A stretch of 64,000 nucleotides of DNA from Armatimonadota bacterium (GCA_039679675.1 JBDKUN010000033.1:160001-224000); one strand, 5' to 3'; shown: positions 20,282-30,372, counted from the first letter of the stretch. Translations and numbers: made by a program. The notes: a model not told the origin generated them from the letters alone.

Positions 20282-21449
20282 TATCAGAGTCAGACGGAAT
20301 AACCGCTTCGGAGGCATCAGCCTCCGAAGCGGGCAATACTGCTGATGCGTTCATCCTCAGACTTGTCAATCCCGCTCCGGCTTTACTTAGCTGCTGTGCC
20401 ATATCATCCCGCGAGTTACCAAGCATTGTAAGTGCCTTGGAAAACCGTCCTTCAAGCTCATTATGGATGGTTTTGATGCATGTTTCAGTGCTTTTCAGAT
20501 ATGATTCAAGCTTTTGGAGGTCGATACTTCGATTCGTCCGCAAAACCATATGAAACACAAGCAGAAGGTAGGGGATAAGCATACTGTAGCTAACAAGTAC
20601 CACGTTTTGTTCGAACGCATCCGCCTGTATGCCGCAACATAGATCGTAGATGGCATCAGGGACAGTAGCTATAGCGAAATCTACAGTGAAATTTGGGTCG
20701 ATATACTTTCTGACTTCTTTTGCACGTCCAAGAACCGCCGATTCTATCTGGCCCTTGAGCTTTTGCTGCTCTGAAGGGTCTTCACTCGCTGTGAACTGCT
20801 CCAGCAGGCTGGTCGCTGCCCACTTGCTGTCGATGGGGAGGATTAGGTTATTAGGCAGCCGAAGACCGAATTCGACGGCTTTATCTCCGACCCGCATGTT
20901 CCGCACCTGCCATTCAGCGGGGAGTTTCGCAAAGACTACTTCGACTATGTTCTCACCGGCGGCTCCCTTAGTCTGCGTCCCGGCTATAACGGCTTCCAGC
21001 CGCCTTATGGAATCCGCCGTCTGCTGTTCGAGTGCCTGCCGTGCTTTGGTATGGGTCTGCAGTTCCGTAAGGTCGTTTTTTGCCCGTGCGAGCTCCTGCC
21101 GGATCGACGCGGCTGTGTCGACTATTGCTTTTGTGATCGTTCCGGTCTCCGTCAGTCCATTACCAATCGCGTGAATGCTCTGGCTTGCCTGGTTCTGGTT
21201 CTGTTCGACTTTGGATATACGCTCAGACAGCCCTCTCAGCTCGACATTTACGGAATTCACTGCCTGAGAGACAGGTTCGAGCTGCGAAAGTTTTTCCGCG
21301 AGGACTGCAGTCTGTGATTGGGTCTCACGGACGGCCAGTGTCAACTGCTGGAGAGGAACAGACACATCGGAGGCAGCTTGCGGCCGTCGGAGCAGGATAA
21401 TTATTATCACTAGCGCAACTGCGAGAACACCGATCAAGAGTGGGTCCAC
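20250..21449 (-). CDS. rmuC: DNA recombination protein RmuC family
   Basis: N-terminal TM helix, long coiled coil, then KGAAGE, LP...LPIDSK, KYIDP..T.DFA...P. Confidence 0.85.
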   Translation of the reverse strand: MDPLLIGVLAVALVIIIILLRRPQAASDVSVPLQQLTLAVRETQSQTAVLAEKLSQLEPVSQAVNSVNVELRGLSERISKVEQNQNQASQSIHAIGNGLTETGTITKAIVDTAASIRQELARAKNDLTELQTHTKARQALEQQTADSIRRLEAVIAGTQTKGAAGENIVEVVFAKLPAEWQVRNMRVGDKAVEFGLRLPNNLILPIDSKWAATSLLEQFTASEDPSEQQKLKGQIESAVLGRAKEVRKYIDPNFTVDFAIATVPDAIYDLCCGIQADAFEQNVVLVSYSMLIPYLLLVFHMVLRTNRSIDLQKLESYLKSTETCIKTIHNELEGRFSKALTMLGNSRDDMAQQLSKAGAGLTSLRMNASAVLPASEADASEAVIPSDSDITEPGAGLLA

Positions 21450-21567
21450 TGTGAATCTCCTTTAGGCGAGATGCTTTGTTTATAATCACGTTCGACGGGC
21501 ATTGATTGAATCCCTATTTGCTTCACTCGTGTTTATGAAGTAGTTTCTAATTTGCTGATCCACCCGC

Positions 21568-22110
21568 CTAAGTATCCAGATATTTCATCCATACATGAAG
21601 ATTTTCGATGAGATAGCGAGGGTTTGGTTTCTTTTTTGATTTTTTGCACGCTACAAGCACTATTTGGACTGGTTCCAGATTTACTTTGTTTCGGAACCCC
21701 AACAAGACCGGCCTGTTTACTCCCATTACCTTTGGCTTATTGAAGAAACCCCAATGGACAGGCGGTACATTCCTGCTGAAAACCTCGCCATAGTATATCG
21801 AAATATCGTGAGCAACAATGAAAGTCCCTTTCTTAAGCCCCCAGCCGGCAAGAGGGCCTGTAAACTCCTCGCCAGTTTCTTCCTCAACTCTCATAAACTC
21901 CTCGAAGCAGCGCCAAAGCGGCTCAAGTGACTCTATGCTGTAGTCGAACTTAATGTTGCACTTCATGTCTTCATTGAACAGTTCCTCAAGAAGCTTGACT
22001 CTCTCAGGAATACAGGAGATATACCAATCAAAATGCTCCTGAGCCTGCTTTTTGGTCATATCATCAAACGAAGATAATTCAAAAGGCGGTACCATCATGG
22101 GATAGATCAT
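21568..22110 (-). CDS. Hypothetical protein, possibly immunity-like
   Basis: 180-aa ORF with strong AAGGAG RBS; FDYSIESL and YYGEVF..W motifs. Confidence 0.65.
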   Translation of the reverse strand: MIYPMMVPPFELSSFDDMTKKQAQEHFDWYISCIPERVKLLEELFNEDMKCNIKFDYSIESLEPLWRCFEEFMRVEEETGEEFTGPLAGWGLKKGTFIVAHDISIYYGEVFSRNVPPVHWGFFNKPKVMGVNRPVLLGFRNKVNLEPVQIVLVACKKSKKKPNPRYLIENLHVWMKYLDT

Positions 22111-22160
22111 CGTTTTCTCCTTATGTGTATTCTATTCAGGTTCAGCTTATTATGTTCTTT

Positions 22161-22739
22161 TTATACAGTAAAAATGTCTCCGTGGCCGGGGACGATGAAG
22201 TTCGCCAGTTTGAGGATTCTGTTTCTGCTCATCTGCTGCTCCTCTGGTAGTTCGCTTGATGTTTTCCACAGGCTGTCGTCGGTGAGGTCGGCCTCGTTTT
22301 CGAAAAGGTCACCTGTTATCGCAACTACTCCTGCATTGGTCCTAACGATAACGCTTACATCCCCCTGAGTATGCCCTGGGGTAGCGATAACCTCGATGCC
22401 GTCGTCAATTATATAAGGTTTAGAGAAGTCATGAACCGTGTACAGGTCGCCCATGCTGATGTCATGGGATAAGATAAGGACCGCATCAGGAAACAGGTTG
22501 ATATTTCCGGTGTGGTCGGAGTGACCATGTGTGCATACCACAAATGAAATGTCCTGAGGCTTAACACCGTGAGCTTCGAGCGCGGAAAGCAGAAAATCTC
22601 TGTCCCATGGGCCTCCCGTATCGACCAGGAGGTTCAGCCTGCCTCTAGCGAGCGTGATTGTCCCATCTGCCCTGATCTGCGAAGGGCCGGTCTGCACAGT
22701 ATAGCCGGGCTTCAGAACTATGACTTCATTAGCGTCCAT
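22161..22739 (-). CDS. Metallo-beta-lactamase-fold hydrolase, MBLAC1-like
   Basis: ADGTITL, LVDTGGPW, THGHSDH, ATPGH, GDLFE, VPGHG. Confidence 0.9.
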   Translation of the reverse strand: MDANEVIVLKPGYTVQTGPSQIRADGTITLARGRLNLLVDTGGPWDRDFLLSALEAHGVKPQDISFVVCTHGHSDHTGNINLFPDAVLILSHDISMGDLYTVHDFSKPYIIDDGIEVIATPGHTQGDVSVIVRTNAGVVAITGDLFENEADLTDDSLWKTSSELPEEQQMSRNRILKLANFIVPGHGDIFTV

Positions 22740-22803
22740 ACTTTATATCTTACCACGGTTTGTATTGTTCTGGTTGTATTATACTGACTGAACAGCAAAT
22801 TGC

Positions 22804-22833
22804 TTGACAATAAAGAGGCACGGCAGGTAGAAT
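22804..22833 (+). promoter_or_regulatory. Sigma70-type promoter for the PKD gene
   Basis: TTGACA-N18-TAGAAT. Confidence 0.55.
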
Positions 22834-22950
22834 CAATTCAAGGATCGCGGGCTTTAAATGGTTATTTCGTCTTGAAACCGGCTCGCTGGGGTGGGGAGTC
22901 ACGGTCCCGAATCATCGGAACCGAACCTACCGAGGAGGTACAGGCTGACC

Positions 22951-23874
22951 ATGCGAAAACTGTATGCAGGAGTTCTGATCATTGCTGTGTGTTTGATAGG
23001 GAACGCGGCGATGGCTGATGTTATGATCTTTGGCGGTATCCCAATCAGTAAAACAGGAATAAAAATAACCGGATGGGGAAGTGGTAGTGTCTTTGAAGCA
23101 ACCGACCACGTCTATACTGGTGACCGGTGTATTAAGATCAGAAGCGAAGGCTATCACGAGGGTGGATGCATTACTTTAAAAGATCCGATAGATATACTCT
23201 CTGAGCCGTTTGATGAAAATACATACCTGTTCGTTCCAATATATTTTACGACGCCGGATAACGGAAGCGCGAGCAGCAGCGGTACGGGCTTAATGGATAC
23301 GCAGACGACTGTTGGACCTCAAAACTACTACAGCAACGGACAGGAGTTCGATGCGCCGGTGAAGCCCAAAGTCAAAGCGGTCAAGATTATGCTCGAAGCT
23401 GCCGATGGCCGCAAGCTGGAATCAATCCAGAACGTTCCCGCAAGCACTGACGATGGATGGTACAGGATTGCTGTTCCGTTCAAGACGCTTGGGTTCAAAA
23501 AAGGCGAATCATTCAAAGTATCCAGAGTTATAATATCTACAGATGTGCCTGACACGATTTTTGTCGGACAGATCAGTACAACTAAGGACGATACTCAGAT
23601 TACCTGCAACGCAGGCGACGATCAGGTTGTTGCCATAAATGATGTCTTAATGTTCCACGCCCAGGCAGAAGGTGGAATAAGCCAGCTTCAATGCTCCTGG
23701 AACTTCGGCGACAGAAACAAACCGGATGATCCGGACGGTGATGATGCTACCGGTGAGTTGGTAAGCCACCGGTTTACAAAAGCAGGAGATTACACCGTTC
23801 GGCTGACAGTATCAGATCTTGCCGGGGTAAAGAAACCCGCAGTCCATACTGTCATAATTACTGTTAACGACTAA
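22951..23874 (+). CDS. Secreted protein with C-terminal PKD domain
   Basis: Signal peptide; WNFGD...H.FTKAGDYTVRLTVSD; GAGGAGG RBS. Confidence 0.85.
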   Translation: MRKLYAGVLIIAVCLIGNAAMADVMIFGGIPISKTGIKITGWGSGSVFEATDHVYTGDRCIKIRSEGYHEGGCITLKDPIDILSEPFDENTYLFVPIYFTTPDNGSASSSGTGLMDTQTTVGPQNYYSNGQEFDAPVKPKVKAVKIMLEAADGRKLESIQNVPASTDDGWYRIAVPFKTLGFKKGESFKVSRVIISTDVPDTIFVGQISTTKDDTQITCNAGDDQVVAINDVLMFHAQAEGGISQLQCSWNFGDRNKPDDPDGDDATGELVSHRFTKAGDYTVRLTVSDLAGVKKPAVHTVIITVND

Positions 23875-23981
23875 TGGGCTTTACATGTATATTGGTTGTT
23901 AGTAGAACAGACGATAATATTTAACGAGTATTTTTATATAAAACATGGATAATGTGTAATGGTTAGTAGGAGGAGCAGTTA

Positions 23982-24884
23982 GTGATTTCAGCATTGCTCC
24001 GTTCTATGCGTCCAAAACAATGGAGCAAGAACCTGTTGGTTTTTGCCGGATATTTGTTCACGATCGAGAAGTCGCCTTCCGGCGACTTCTGGCGTGTACT
24101 GCTGGCTTTTGCACTCTTCTGCATGATTTCGGGTGCGGTCTATATCATGAATGATGTCATGGATATAGAAAAGGACCGGCATCATCCCGTAAAGTGTAAA
24201 CGTCCGCTCGCGTCAGGCCAGGTTTCGATCGGCACTGCTCTGACTTTCGCATTATTTTTGGCAGCGGTAGCTTTTATCGCAGGCTTCAGGCTGAACCTGT
24301 ATTTCGGTCTGTCGATTGTCGCTTATTTGCTGCTTAACTTCGCTTATACATTCCGTTTCAAGCATGTAGTTATCCTCGATCTGCTGATCCTTGCCGGCGG
24401 CTTTGTTATCAGAGCTGTTGCCGGTGCGGTTGCTATCAATGTTGTTATATCCCCATGGCTTCTCTTGTGCACCACGCTCCTGGCGCTGTTCTTGGGGCTT
24501 GCGAAGCGCAGGCATGAGATAATAATATTGGAAGGTGACGCGGTAAATCACCGTAAAATCCTGAATGAGTATTCGGTGATGTATCTCGATCAGATGATTA
24601 TTATCACATCGTCTACGGCATTGATGGCTTATTCTCTATATACATTCTCCGGTTTTTCTGATACTGCTACAAGCCATCCGTACATGATGGTCACGATCCC
24701 ATTTGTCATATACGGGATATTCAGATACCTGTATCTGATCCATACAAAAAACGCCGGAGGCCGCCCTGAACAGGTACTGCTTGACGATAAACCTCTCCTC
24801 ATAAACATCGTCCTGTGGGCTGCCGTAGTTGCGACTATACTCAAATGGAGTGATGTCGTCAATCTCGTACAGAGGTTTTTCTGA
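23982..24884 (+). CDS. UbiA-family prenyltransferase, decaprenyl-phosphate phosphoribosyltransferase type
   Basis: RPKQWSKN, YIMND..D.EKDR.HP.K..RPLASG, KRRHE, GIFRY; multiple TM helices. Confidence 0.9.
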   Translation: MISALLRSMRPKQWSKNLLVFAGYLFTIEKSPSGDFWRVLLAFALFCMISGAVYIMNDVMDIEKDRHHPVKCKRPLASGQVSIGTALTFALFLAAVAFIAGFRLNLYFGLSIVAYLLLNFAYTFRFKHVVILDLLILAGGFVIRAVAGAVAINVVISPWLLLCTTLLALFLGLAKRRHEIIILEGDAVNHRKILNEYSVMYLDQMIIITSSTALMAYSLYTFSGFSDTATSHPYMMVTIPFVIYGIFRYLYLIHTKNAGGRPEQVLLDDKPLLINIVLWAAVVATILKWSDVVNLVQRFF

Positions 24885-24886
24885 GG

Positions 24887-25705
24887 GTGGCGCTTACTGT
24901 TCATTCACTCGCGAGCGGCAGTTCCGGGAATTCCATGCTCATCAAAGGCGGCAATACGTCGATACTTATCGATGCAGGCATCGGCATACGGAAACTGACC
25001 GCAGCACTGGATTCCGCCGGTGTAGAACCAGCCGGTCTCTCAGCTACTTTCGTCACCCATGAGCACTCGGACCACATAGGCGCGGCAGTCAGGATTGCTA
25101 AAAGATACGGCGTGCCCATAATCGCAAACTCTCCAACTCTCGAAGGCATAGCCGGGATAAACGATGTGCCGCATAAGACTCTGGAGTTGGGCGAGGATAT
25201 GTCGATAAAGTCGCTCAATATCCGTCCGTTTCCTGTTTCGCACGATGCAAGATGCCCGGTCGGTTACAGCATATCCTGCGAAGGTAATACCGTCTGTTTT
25301 GCGACAGACACGGGAAGGGTGACGCCCAGGATTCGCGCAGAGGCTTTTTTAGCTGACCTGCTCATCCTGGAGTCAAACCACGATGTAGAGCTTTTGATGT
25401 CGGGACCGTATCCCAGGTATCTCAAAAAGCGGGTGATGGGAGATTGGGGACACCTCTCGAATGAAACAGCTTCAAATTTGCTCCTTGAGATAGCAGAGAC
25501 CGGCAAATCTGTCGCGGTCTGGCTCGCTCATCTGAGTGACACTAACAACAGCCCCAAGCTGGCTCTTTCGACCGCAAAAGCGACACTTTCCAGCTGCCTG
25601 AAAAGCACAATGACTGTGGAAGTGGCGCTCAGAGATGTGCCGAGCCTCACATGGGGAACGGAACGCCGCATATTCCAACTCAGTCTGTTTGGAGATAAGA
25701 GCTGA
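24887..25705 (+). CDS. MBL-fold hydrolase, YycJ/WalJ-like
   Basis: LASGSSGN, THEHSDH, VSHDA, TDTG, ESNHD, GHLSN, AHLS.TNN. Confidence 0.9.
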   Translation: MALTVHSLASGSSGNSMLIKGGNTSILIDAGIGIRKLTAALDSAGVEPAGLSATFVTHEHSDHIGAAVRIAKRYGVPIIANSPTLEGIAGINDVPHKTLELGEDMSIKSLNIRPFPVSHDARCPVGYSISCEGNTVCFATDTGRVTPRIRAEAFLADLLILESNHDVELLMSGPYPRYLKKRVMGDWGHLSNETASNLLLEIAETGKSVAVWLAHLSDTNNSPKLALSTAKATLSSCLKSTMTVEVALRDVPSLTWGTERRIFQLSLFGDKS

Positions 25706-26327
25706 ACCAGTCCGCTGCCAGTTCCGCTACCTTCTCCAGTGCTCCCGGCTCTTCGAAGAGATGGGTTGCTCCAGGGACTATAACCAGCTTCTTTGTCGTC
25801 ATAAGTAGCGAGTAAGCATCTTCGTTCATGGCGATAACAGGATAGTCATTGCCGCCGACAATGAGAAGCGTCGGCGCTGTAACATCTTCCAGATAATCAC
25901 TGGCAAGGTCAGGACGCCCGCCTCGCGAGACTATTGCGCTGATCTCGGTCCCACGCATTGCCGCGGCCTGAAGAGCTGCCGCTGCTCCGGTGCTCGCGCC
26001 GAAATAGCCGATATTGAGCCCGGATGTCTCATCGTTTTGTGCAATCCAGTCGGTTGCGGCGATAAGCCGTTCCGACAAAAGGTCAATATCGAAGACTTTG
26101 CGCCGGTCGTCCGATTCCCATTCCTCCAGAAGATCGATAAGCAGTGTCGCAAGCCCTGATTTTTGGAGAACACCTGCTACGTACTGGTTTCTGGGACTGA
26201 ACCGCCCGCTGCCGCTTCCGTGCGCAAAGAGAACAATGCCCTGCGCCTCTTTCGGAATACCGAGAAACCCGCGAAGATGGAGATCTTTTGCTTCTATCAG
26301 AACATCGCGTCCAACTTCAACTTTCAT
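25680..26327 (-). CDS. Dienelactone hydrolase family alpha/beta hydrolase
   Basis: FAHGSGSGRFSPRN, GYFGASTGAAAAL, SRGGRPDLA, VPGATHLFEEPG. Confidence 0.9.
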   Translation of the reverse strand: MKVEVGRDVLIEAKDLHLRGFLGIPKEAQGIVLFAHGSGSGRFSPRNQYVAGVLQKSGLATLLIDLLEEWESDDRRKVFDIDLLSERLIAATDWIAQNDETSGLNIGYFGASTGAAAALQAAAMRGTEISAIVSRGGRPDLASDYLEDVTAPTLLIVGGNDYPVIAMNEDAYSLLMTTKKLVIVPGATHLFEEPGALEKVAELAADWFSSYLQTD

Positions 26328-26463
26328 TTTCGACCCTCACTTAATCCCACTATGAATTTTGATTTCCCAAGTGCGCTAGGCGTGAAACGTGGATTTTGAG
26401 GGGATGGAACAGGTAACAGGAAATTGAAAATGTAGTGGCCGGTCTCCGTGCAGACCTTTTTGT

Positions 26464-26509
26464 TTTTGAAACGCGAATTACGCGGATTTAACGGACTAAA
26501 GCGAATGGT
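26464..26509. repeat. Dispersed repeat family B, copy 2
   Basis: TTTTGAAACGCGAATTACGcGGATTTAaCGGActaaaGCGAATGGT; matches 5081-5125. Confidence 0.85.
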
Positions 26510-26543
26510 GGAGAGCAGAGGGCATAGATGCCCCGGAGAAATG

Positions 26544-26570
26544 GGCTCAGGGCAATGGATCCCCTGAGCC
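26544..26570 (-). terminator. Hairpin downstream of the isomerase gene
   Basis: GGCTCAGGG-N9-CCCTGAGCC, about 20 nt past the stop codon. Confidence 0.55.
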
Positions 26571-26589
26571 ATCTAGACTCGTCTTAGGT

Positions 26590-27342
26590 TTACTTGTTGC
26601 CTTCAGCAAGACCGGATGAAGTCAGATAATCGTAGCTCTTCTTCACTGCGTCGAGCATGTCTCCATCGAATGAGTCCAGTTCGACTATCAGCCAATCAAG
26701 AACATTCGGGTCTGCTGCTCCAATGATTGCAAGAATATCGAGGACTCCGTCTCCGACCGCCAGGTGAGGTGCGTTTTCCTTGAGAGTGCCATCTTTAATA
26801 TGAAGAATCGGCATGCGCGATTTATATTCGTTGATGACCTGCACCGGGTCGGACTTGCCGTAAGCTGCCCAGTAAACATCGAGTTCGCTGAACATTTCAG
26901 GTGCTTCTTCCATCAAAATGTCGTATACACGCTTGCCATCGACAGAAGCGAACTCTGCCCAGTGGTTGTGCATGCCGTAAGTCAACCCGTAAGGCTTTAC
27001 GAGTTCACATGCTGTGTTGAATTCTTCCGCTGCTTTCTTGCAGGCATCTACGCTGGTGAACCTGTCCGGCCCGAACCCGCTGATAACTCGCTTGTTGCCG
27101 AGAGCAAGTTCGACATCAAGAAGCTCTGTCAGGTTTTCTTTTGTAGGAAGAGCCGTATGGCTGCTCGATACCTGGAGTCCGAGATCCTGGACAAGCATCG
27201 CTATTTCGGACGGCTTATGTCCGTGGAGTCCAGCGAACTCTACCCCTTTGTAACCGATTTCTGCAATCTTTTTAAGTGTGCCCGGAAAGTCCTGGGCTGC
27301 GGCATCACGCACTGTGTAGAGCTGAATGGATATAGGTTTCAA
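26590..27342 (-). CDS. Sugar phosphate isomerase/epimerase (xylose-isomerase-like TIM barrel, IolE-like)
   Basis: QLYTVRD, GYKGVEFAG, HNHWAEF, ELDVYW, HIKD, IVELD. TTG start after GGAGG. Confidence 0.9.
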   Translation of the reverse strand: MKPISIQLYTVRDAAAQDFPGTLKKIAEIGYKGVEFAGLHGHKPSEIAMLVQDLGLQVSSSHTALPTKENLTELLDVELALGNKRVISGFGPDRFTSVDACKKAAEEFNTACELVKPYGLTYGMHNHWAEFASVDGKRVYDILMEEAPEMFSELDVYWAAYGKSDPVQVINEYKSRMPILHIKDGTLKENAPHLAVGDGVLDILAIIGAADPNVLDWLIVELDSFDGDMLDAVKKSYDYLTSSGLAEGNK

Positions 27343-27530
27343 GATAATGTCCTCCCTCTAATTTACTGAAAAAGAGTTTCCCCACAGGAGTGTTCAGACA
27401 AATCAGGCCGGAACTCCTCCTTTTAGTGGCATATTTATTGTATTTTTCAATAAATATGGGAGGAAACCCCGCGAAGTAAAGCAAACAGACTAATTGGTAA
27501 GTATAAATACTACTAACAATGGAGTTATTT

Positions 27531-30371
27531 ATGGGGTTTTTAGAGTCGCTGAACGACGCATTGCAAAATGTTGAGTCTACAGAGAAAGAATCGGATTTAC
27601 TTGTCGGGCGAATCCGCTCAGAGGTCGAATTTGCACAGGAATTCGTTGATTTGCATCCGAACAAGCTTGCCGAATGGCAGCCATTGATCGTCGAAGCTGC
27701 AGAGCTTGTGGCAAACAGGCTTGCTTCCGATGGCACAGCCGAACTGAAGAGTATTGTAAAGGAAGCGGAAGAGATACTCGCGCCTATTGGTAAGGCCGCG
27801 AAGGAATATACGATCTACTGCGTTGGACATGCCCACATAGATATGAACTGGATGTGGGACTGGCCTGAAACTGTGAGCACTACCAGAGATACATTCACAA
27901 CGATAGATAGATTGATGGATGAGTTCCCGGATTTTCACTTCTCGCAGAGCCAGGCGTCCACTTATCAGGCGATGGAAGATTATTCTCCCGAAATTTTCGA
28001 GATGGTCAAACGGCGCATGAAAGAGGGCCGCTGGGAACCGACCGCCAGCATGTGGGTGGAGGGTGACAAGAACCTCGCATCGGGCGAAATCCTATGCAGG
28101 CACCTGCTTTACACACGGCGCTATATGAAGGAAAAGTTCGGCCTGCCGTATGATGCAATCAAGATCGACTGGGAGCCGGATACCTTCGGGCATGCGGCAA
28201 CAATACCATCGATTCTTTCAAGAGGCGGCGTAAGAAGATACTATCGCTGCCGTCCAAGCCCGGTAGAACATGCACTTTCCTGGTGGGAAAGCCCGGATGG
28301 TTCCAGGGTGCTCGTCTTTTCGGAGAAGACCTGGTACATCAACCCGATTACACCTAAAATGGGCCATCATATGATCAATTTCTGCAAAGAGACCGGGCTC
28401 AAGAGCTATCTCTTCGTCTACGGTGTAGGAGACCACGGCGGCGGCCCGACCAGACGCGATCTTATGAGAGCAGTCGATATATGCACCTGGCCGGTATTCC
28501 CGAACGTCAAACTATCGACCACCGATGCATTTTTCAATGCTGTTGAGAAAGAAGACCTGAGTTCGCTGCCTGTGCATAAAGACGAAATGAACTTCGTCTT
28601 CGAAGGATGCTATACATCCGAAAGCCACGTAAAACATGCGAACAGGATAAGCGAGAATATCCTTCCTGAAGTGGAATCGGTTTCCCTTATTGCCGGTACG
28701 GCCGCGGGTTACAAATATCGGGCCGAAGAGATCACGAATGCCTGGCATATGGCTATGTTCAACCAGTTTCATGACATTCTGCCCGGTTCCGGAGTCAGAG
28801 GGACTTACGATTATGCCCAGGGGCAGTTCCAGAAGATCAGGGCGACAGCCGAATCGATCCGCACTGACGCGCTAAGAAAGCTCGCATCCGTAGTAGATAC
28901 AAGCGCAGCATCGGGAATCGAGCCTGCAGCAGGGTCGCTCGGCGCGACGATTGGTGACGGCACCGGCGCTGGAGTAGGAAACGGCAAATACCCCGGTGGA
29001 GTAACGGCCTACGCATCTACCGCTGTTTCTGCCGAGCCGTTTATGATATTCAACCAGATGCCGTTCAAGCGCTCAGAGGTAGTAGTCGCGACGGTATGGA
29101 ACAAGAAGTTCCCGAAAGACAAGATAACCGTTCGTGACGAGTCGGGCAATGTCACAAGCGGACAGGTCCTGGAGACTGGTAACTACTGGGGCCATGACTT
29201 CACGGCCATAGCTTTCGCTGCCAAAGATATACCAGCGATGGGGTATAGAATCTACACTATAGACAAGGCCCTTACTCCGGCTGCGGCTCCAAAAGAAGTG
29301 AAGATGGTATCACCCTGCGTGATGGAGAACGAGTTCCTGAAAGTTGAAATCGACCAACCGTCAGGCGCGATAAAGAGCCTTGTCGACAAAGAGACCGGCT
29401 ATGAATTCATCCCGGAAGGCGAGCTTGCAGGCGTGCTTGAATACTACCAGGAAGTGCCGCACGGTATGACAGCCTGGGATATAGGCCAGACTCAGCGTTT
29501 GAAGAAACTCAGTGACGACGGCGTGTGCAAAGTAGTCCAGAAAGGCCCGTATCGCGCTGCAGTCAAGACAAGCAGGAAGATAAACGACTCCTGTATAACA
29601 GTAGAGATCGGCCTGAATGCCGGAAGCAGGATGATAGACTTCAAGGTTGTGGCCGATTGGGTCGAACGTGGGACAAATGAGACAGGTGTCCCGATGCTGA
29701 GAATTGCATTCCCAACGAGTATTGAGAACGCGAAGGGAACATATGAGATTCCGTTCGGAAGCATTGAGCGCCCATCCAACGGGCAGGAAGTCCCGGCACT
29801 CAAATGGGCTGATCTTTCCGGCGACTGCGTCGGCAAGAAGGGTTCCTGCGGGATCACTATGGTTAACGCCGATAAATACGGCCATAACGCGGACAAAAAC
29901 ACCCTCAGGCTTACGCTTATCAGGTCGAGCTACGATCCTGATCCGCTCCCTGAGATCGGACACCATGAGATTATGCTCGGTATAGCTCCGCATGATGGGC
30001 TTTGTTCCACGCCGGATGCTGTGAGGGCTGCTGCATCGTTCGGTCTGCCGATGAGTGTAGTAAGCACAAGCATCCATAAGGGTAAATTCCCCGGCAGCAA
30101 AGGCTTTGTCGAGGTGCTTACTCCGAATATTATGCTGACATGCCTCAAGAAAGCTGAAGACTCCGAGTCCATCGTTGTAAGAGTCTACGAAATGGAGGGT
30201 GTAGAGACAGAAGCAAAGATCAAGATCAGTGACATAGTAAAACCGAATGCTCCGGCTGTCGAAGTGGACATGATGGAGCAGGCGCTGGAGCATTCTACAG
30301 CTCGGATGGACGGCGATACTCTCATCGTCCGCGTCCCGGCATACGGAATAGCATCTGTTGTAGTAGGTTAA
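27531..30371 (+). CDS. Cytoplasmic GH38 alpha-mannosidase
   Basis: GHAHIDMNWMW, DWEPDTFGH, YGVGDHGGGP, NQFHDILPGS, LRLTLIRS. No signal peptide. Confidence 0.93.
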   Translation: MGFLESLNDALQNVESTEKESDLLVGRIRSEVEFAQEFVDLHPNKLAEWQPLIVEAAELVANRLASDGTAELKSIVKEAEEILAPIGKAAKEYTIYCVGHAHIDMNWMWDWPETVSTTRDTFTTIDRLMDEFPDFHFSQSQASTYQAMEDYSPEIFEMVKRRMKEGRWEPTASMWVEGDKNLASGEILCRHLLYTRRYMKEKFGLPYDAIKIDWEPDTFGHAATIPSILSRGGVRRYYRCRPSPVEHALSWWESPDGSRVLVFSEKTWYINPITPKMGHHMINFCKETGLKSYLFVYGVGDHGGGPTRRDLMRAVDICTWPVFPNVKLSTTDAFFNAVEKEDLSSLPVHKDEMNFVFEGCYTSESHVKHANRISENILPEVESVSLIAGTAAGYKYRAEEITNAWHMAMFNQFHDILPGSGVRGTYDYAQGQFQKIRATAESIRTDALRKLASVVDTSAASGIEPAAGSLGATIGDGTGAGVGNGKYPGGVTAYASTAVSAEPFMIFNQMPFKRSEVVVATVWNKKFPKDKITVRDESGNVTSGQVLETGNYWGHDFTAIAFAAKDIPAMGYRIYTIDKALTPAAAPKEVKMVSPCVMENEFLKVEIDQPSGAIKSLVDKETGYEFIPEGELAGVLEYYQEVPHGMTAWDIGQTQRLKKLSDDGVCKVVQKGPYRAAVKTSRKINDSCITVEIGLNAGSRMIDFKVVADWVERGTNETGVPMLRIAFPTSIENAKGTYEIPFGSIERPSNGQEVPALKWADLSGDCVGKKGSCGITMVNADKYGHNADKNTLRLTLIRSSYDPDPLPEIGHHEIMLGIAPHDGLCSTPDAVRAAASFGLPMSVVSTSIHKGKFPGSKGFVEVLTPNIMLTCLKKAEDSESIVVRVYEMEGVETEAKIKISDIVKPNAPAVEVDMMEQALEHSTARMDGDTLIVRVPAYGIASVVVG

Positions 30372-30372
30372 A

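Noticed and set aside
20250..21449. RmuC as a defence-island or mobile-element marker
   Set aside because: No integrase, transposase, methylase or other defence genes nearby.
26324..26572. 82-aa ORF upstream of the hydrolase gene
   Set aside because: It spans repeat family B and a terminator hairpin; probably non-coding.
27427..27442. Sigma54-like TGGCAT-N5-TTGTA upstream of GH38
   Set aside because: The -12 element reads GT instead of the near-invariant GC; too weak to call.
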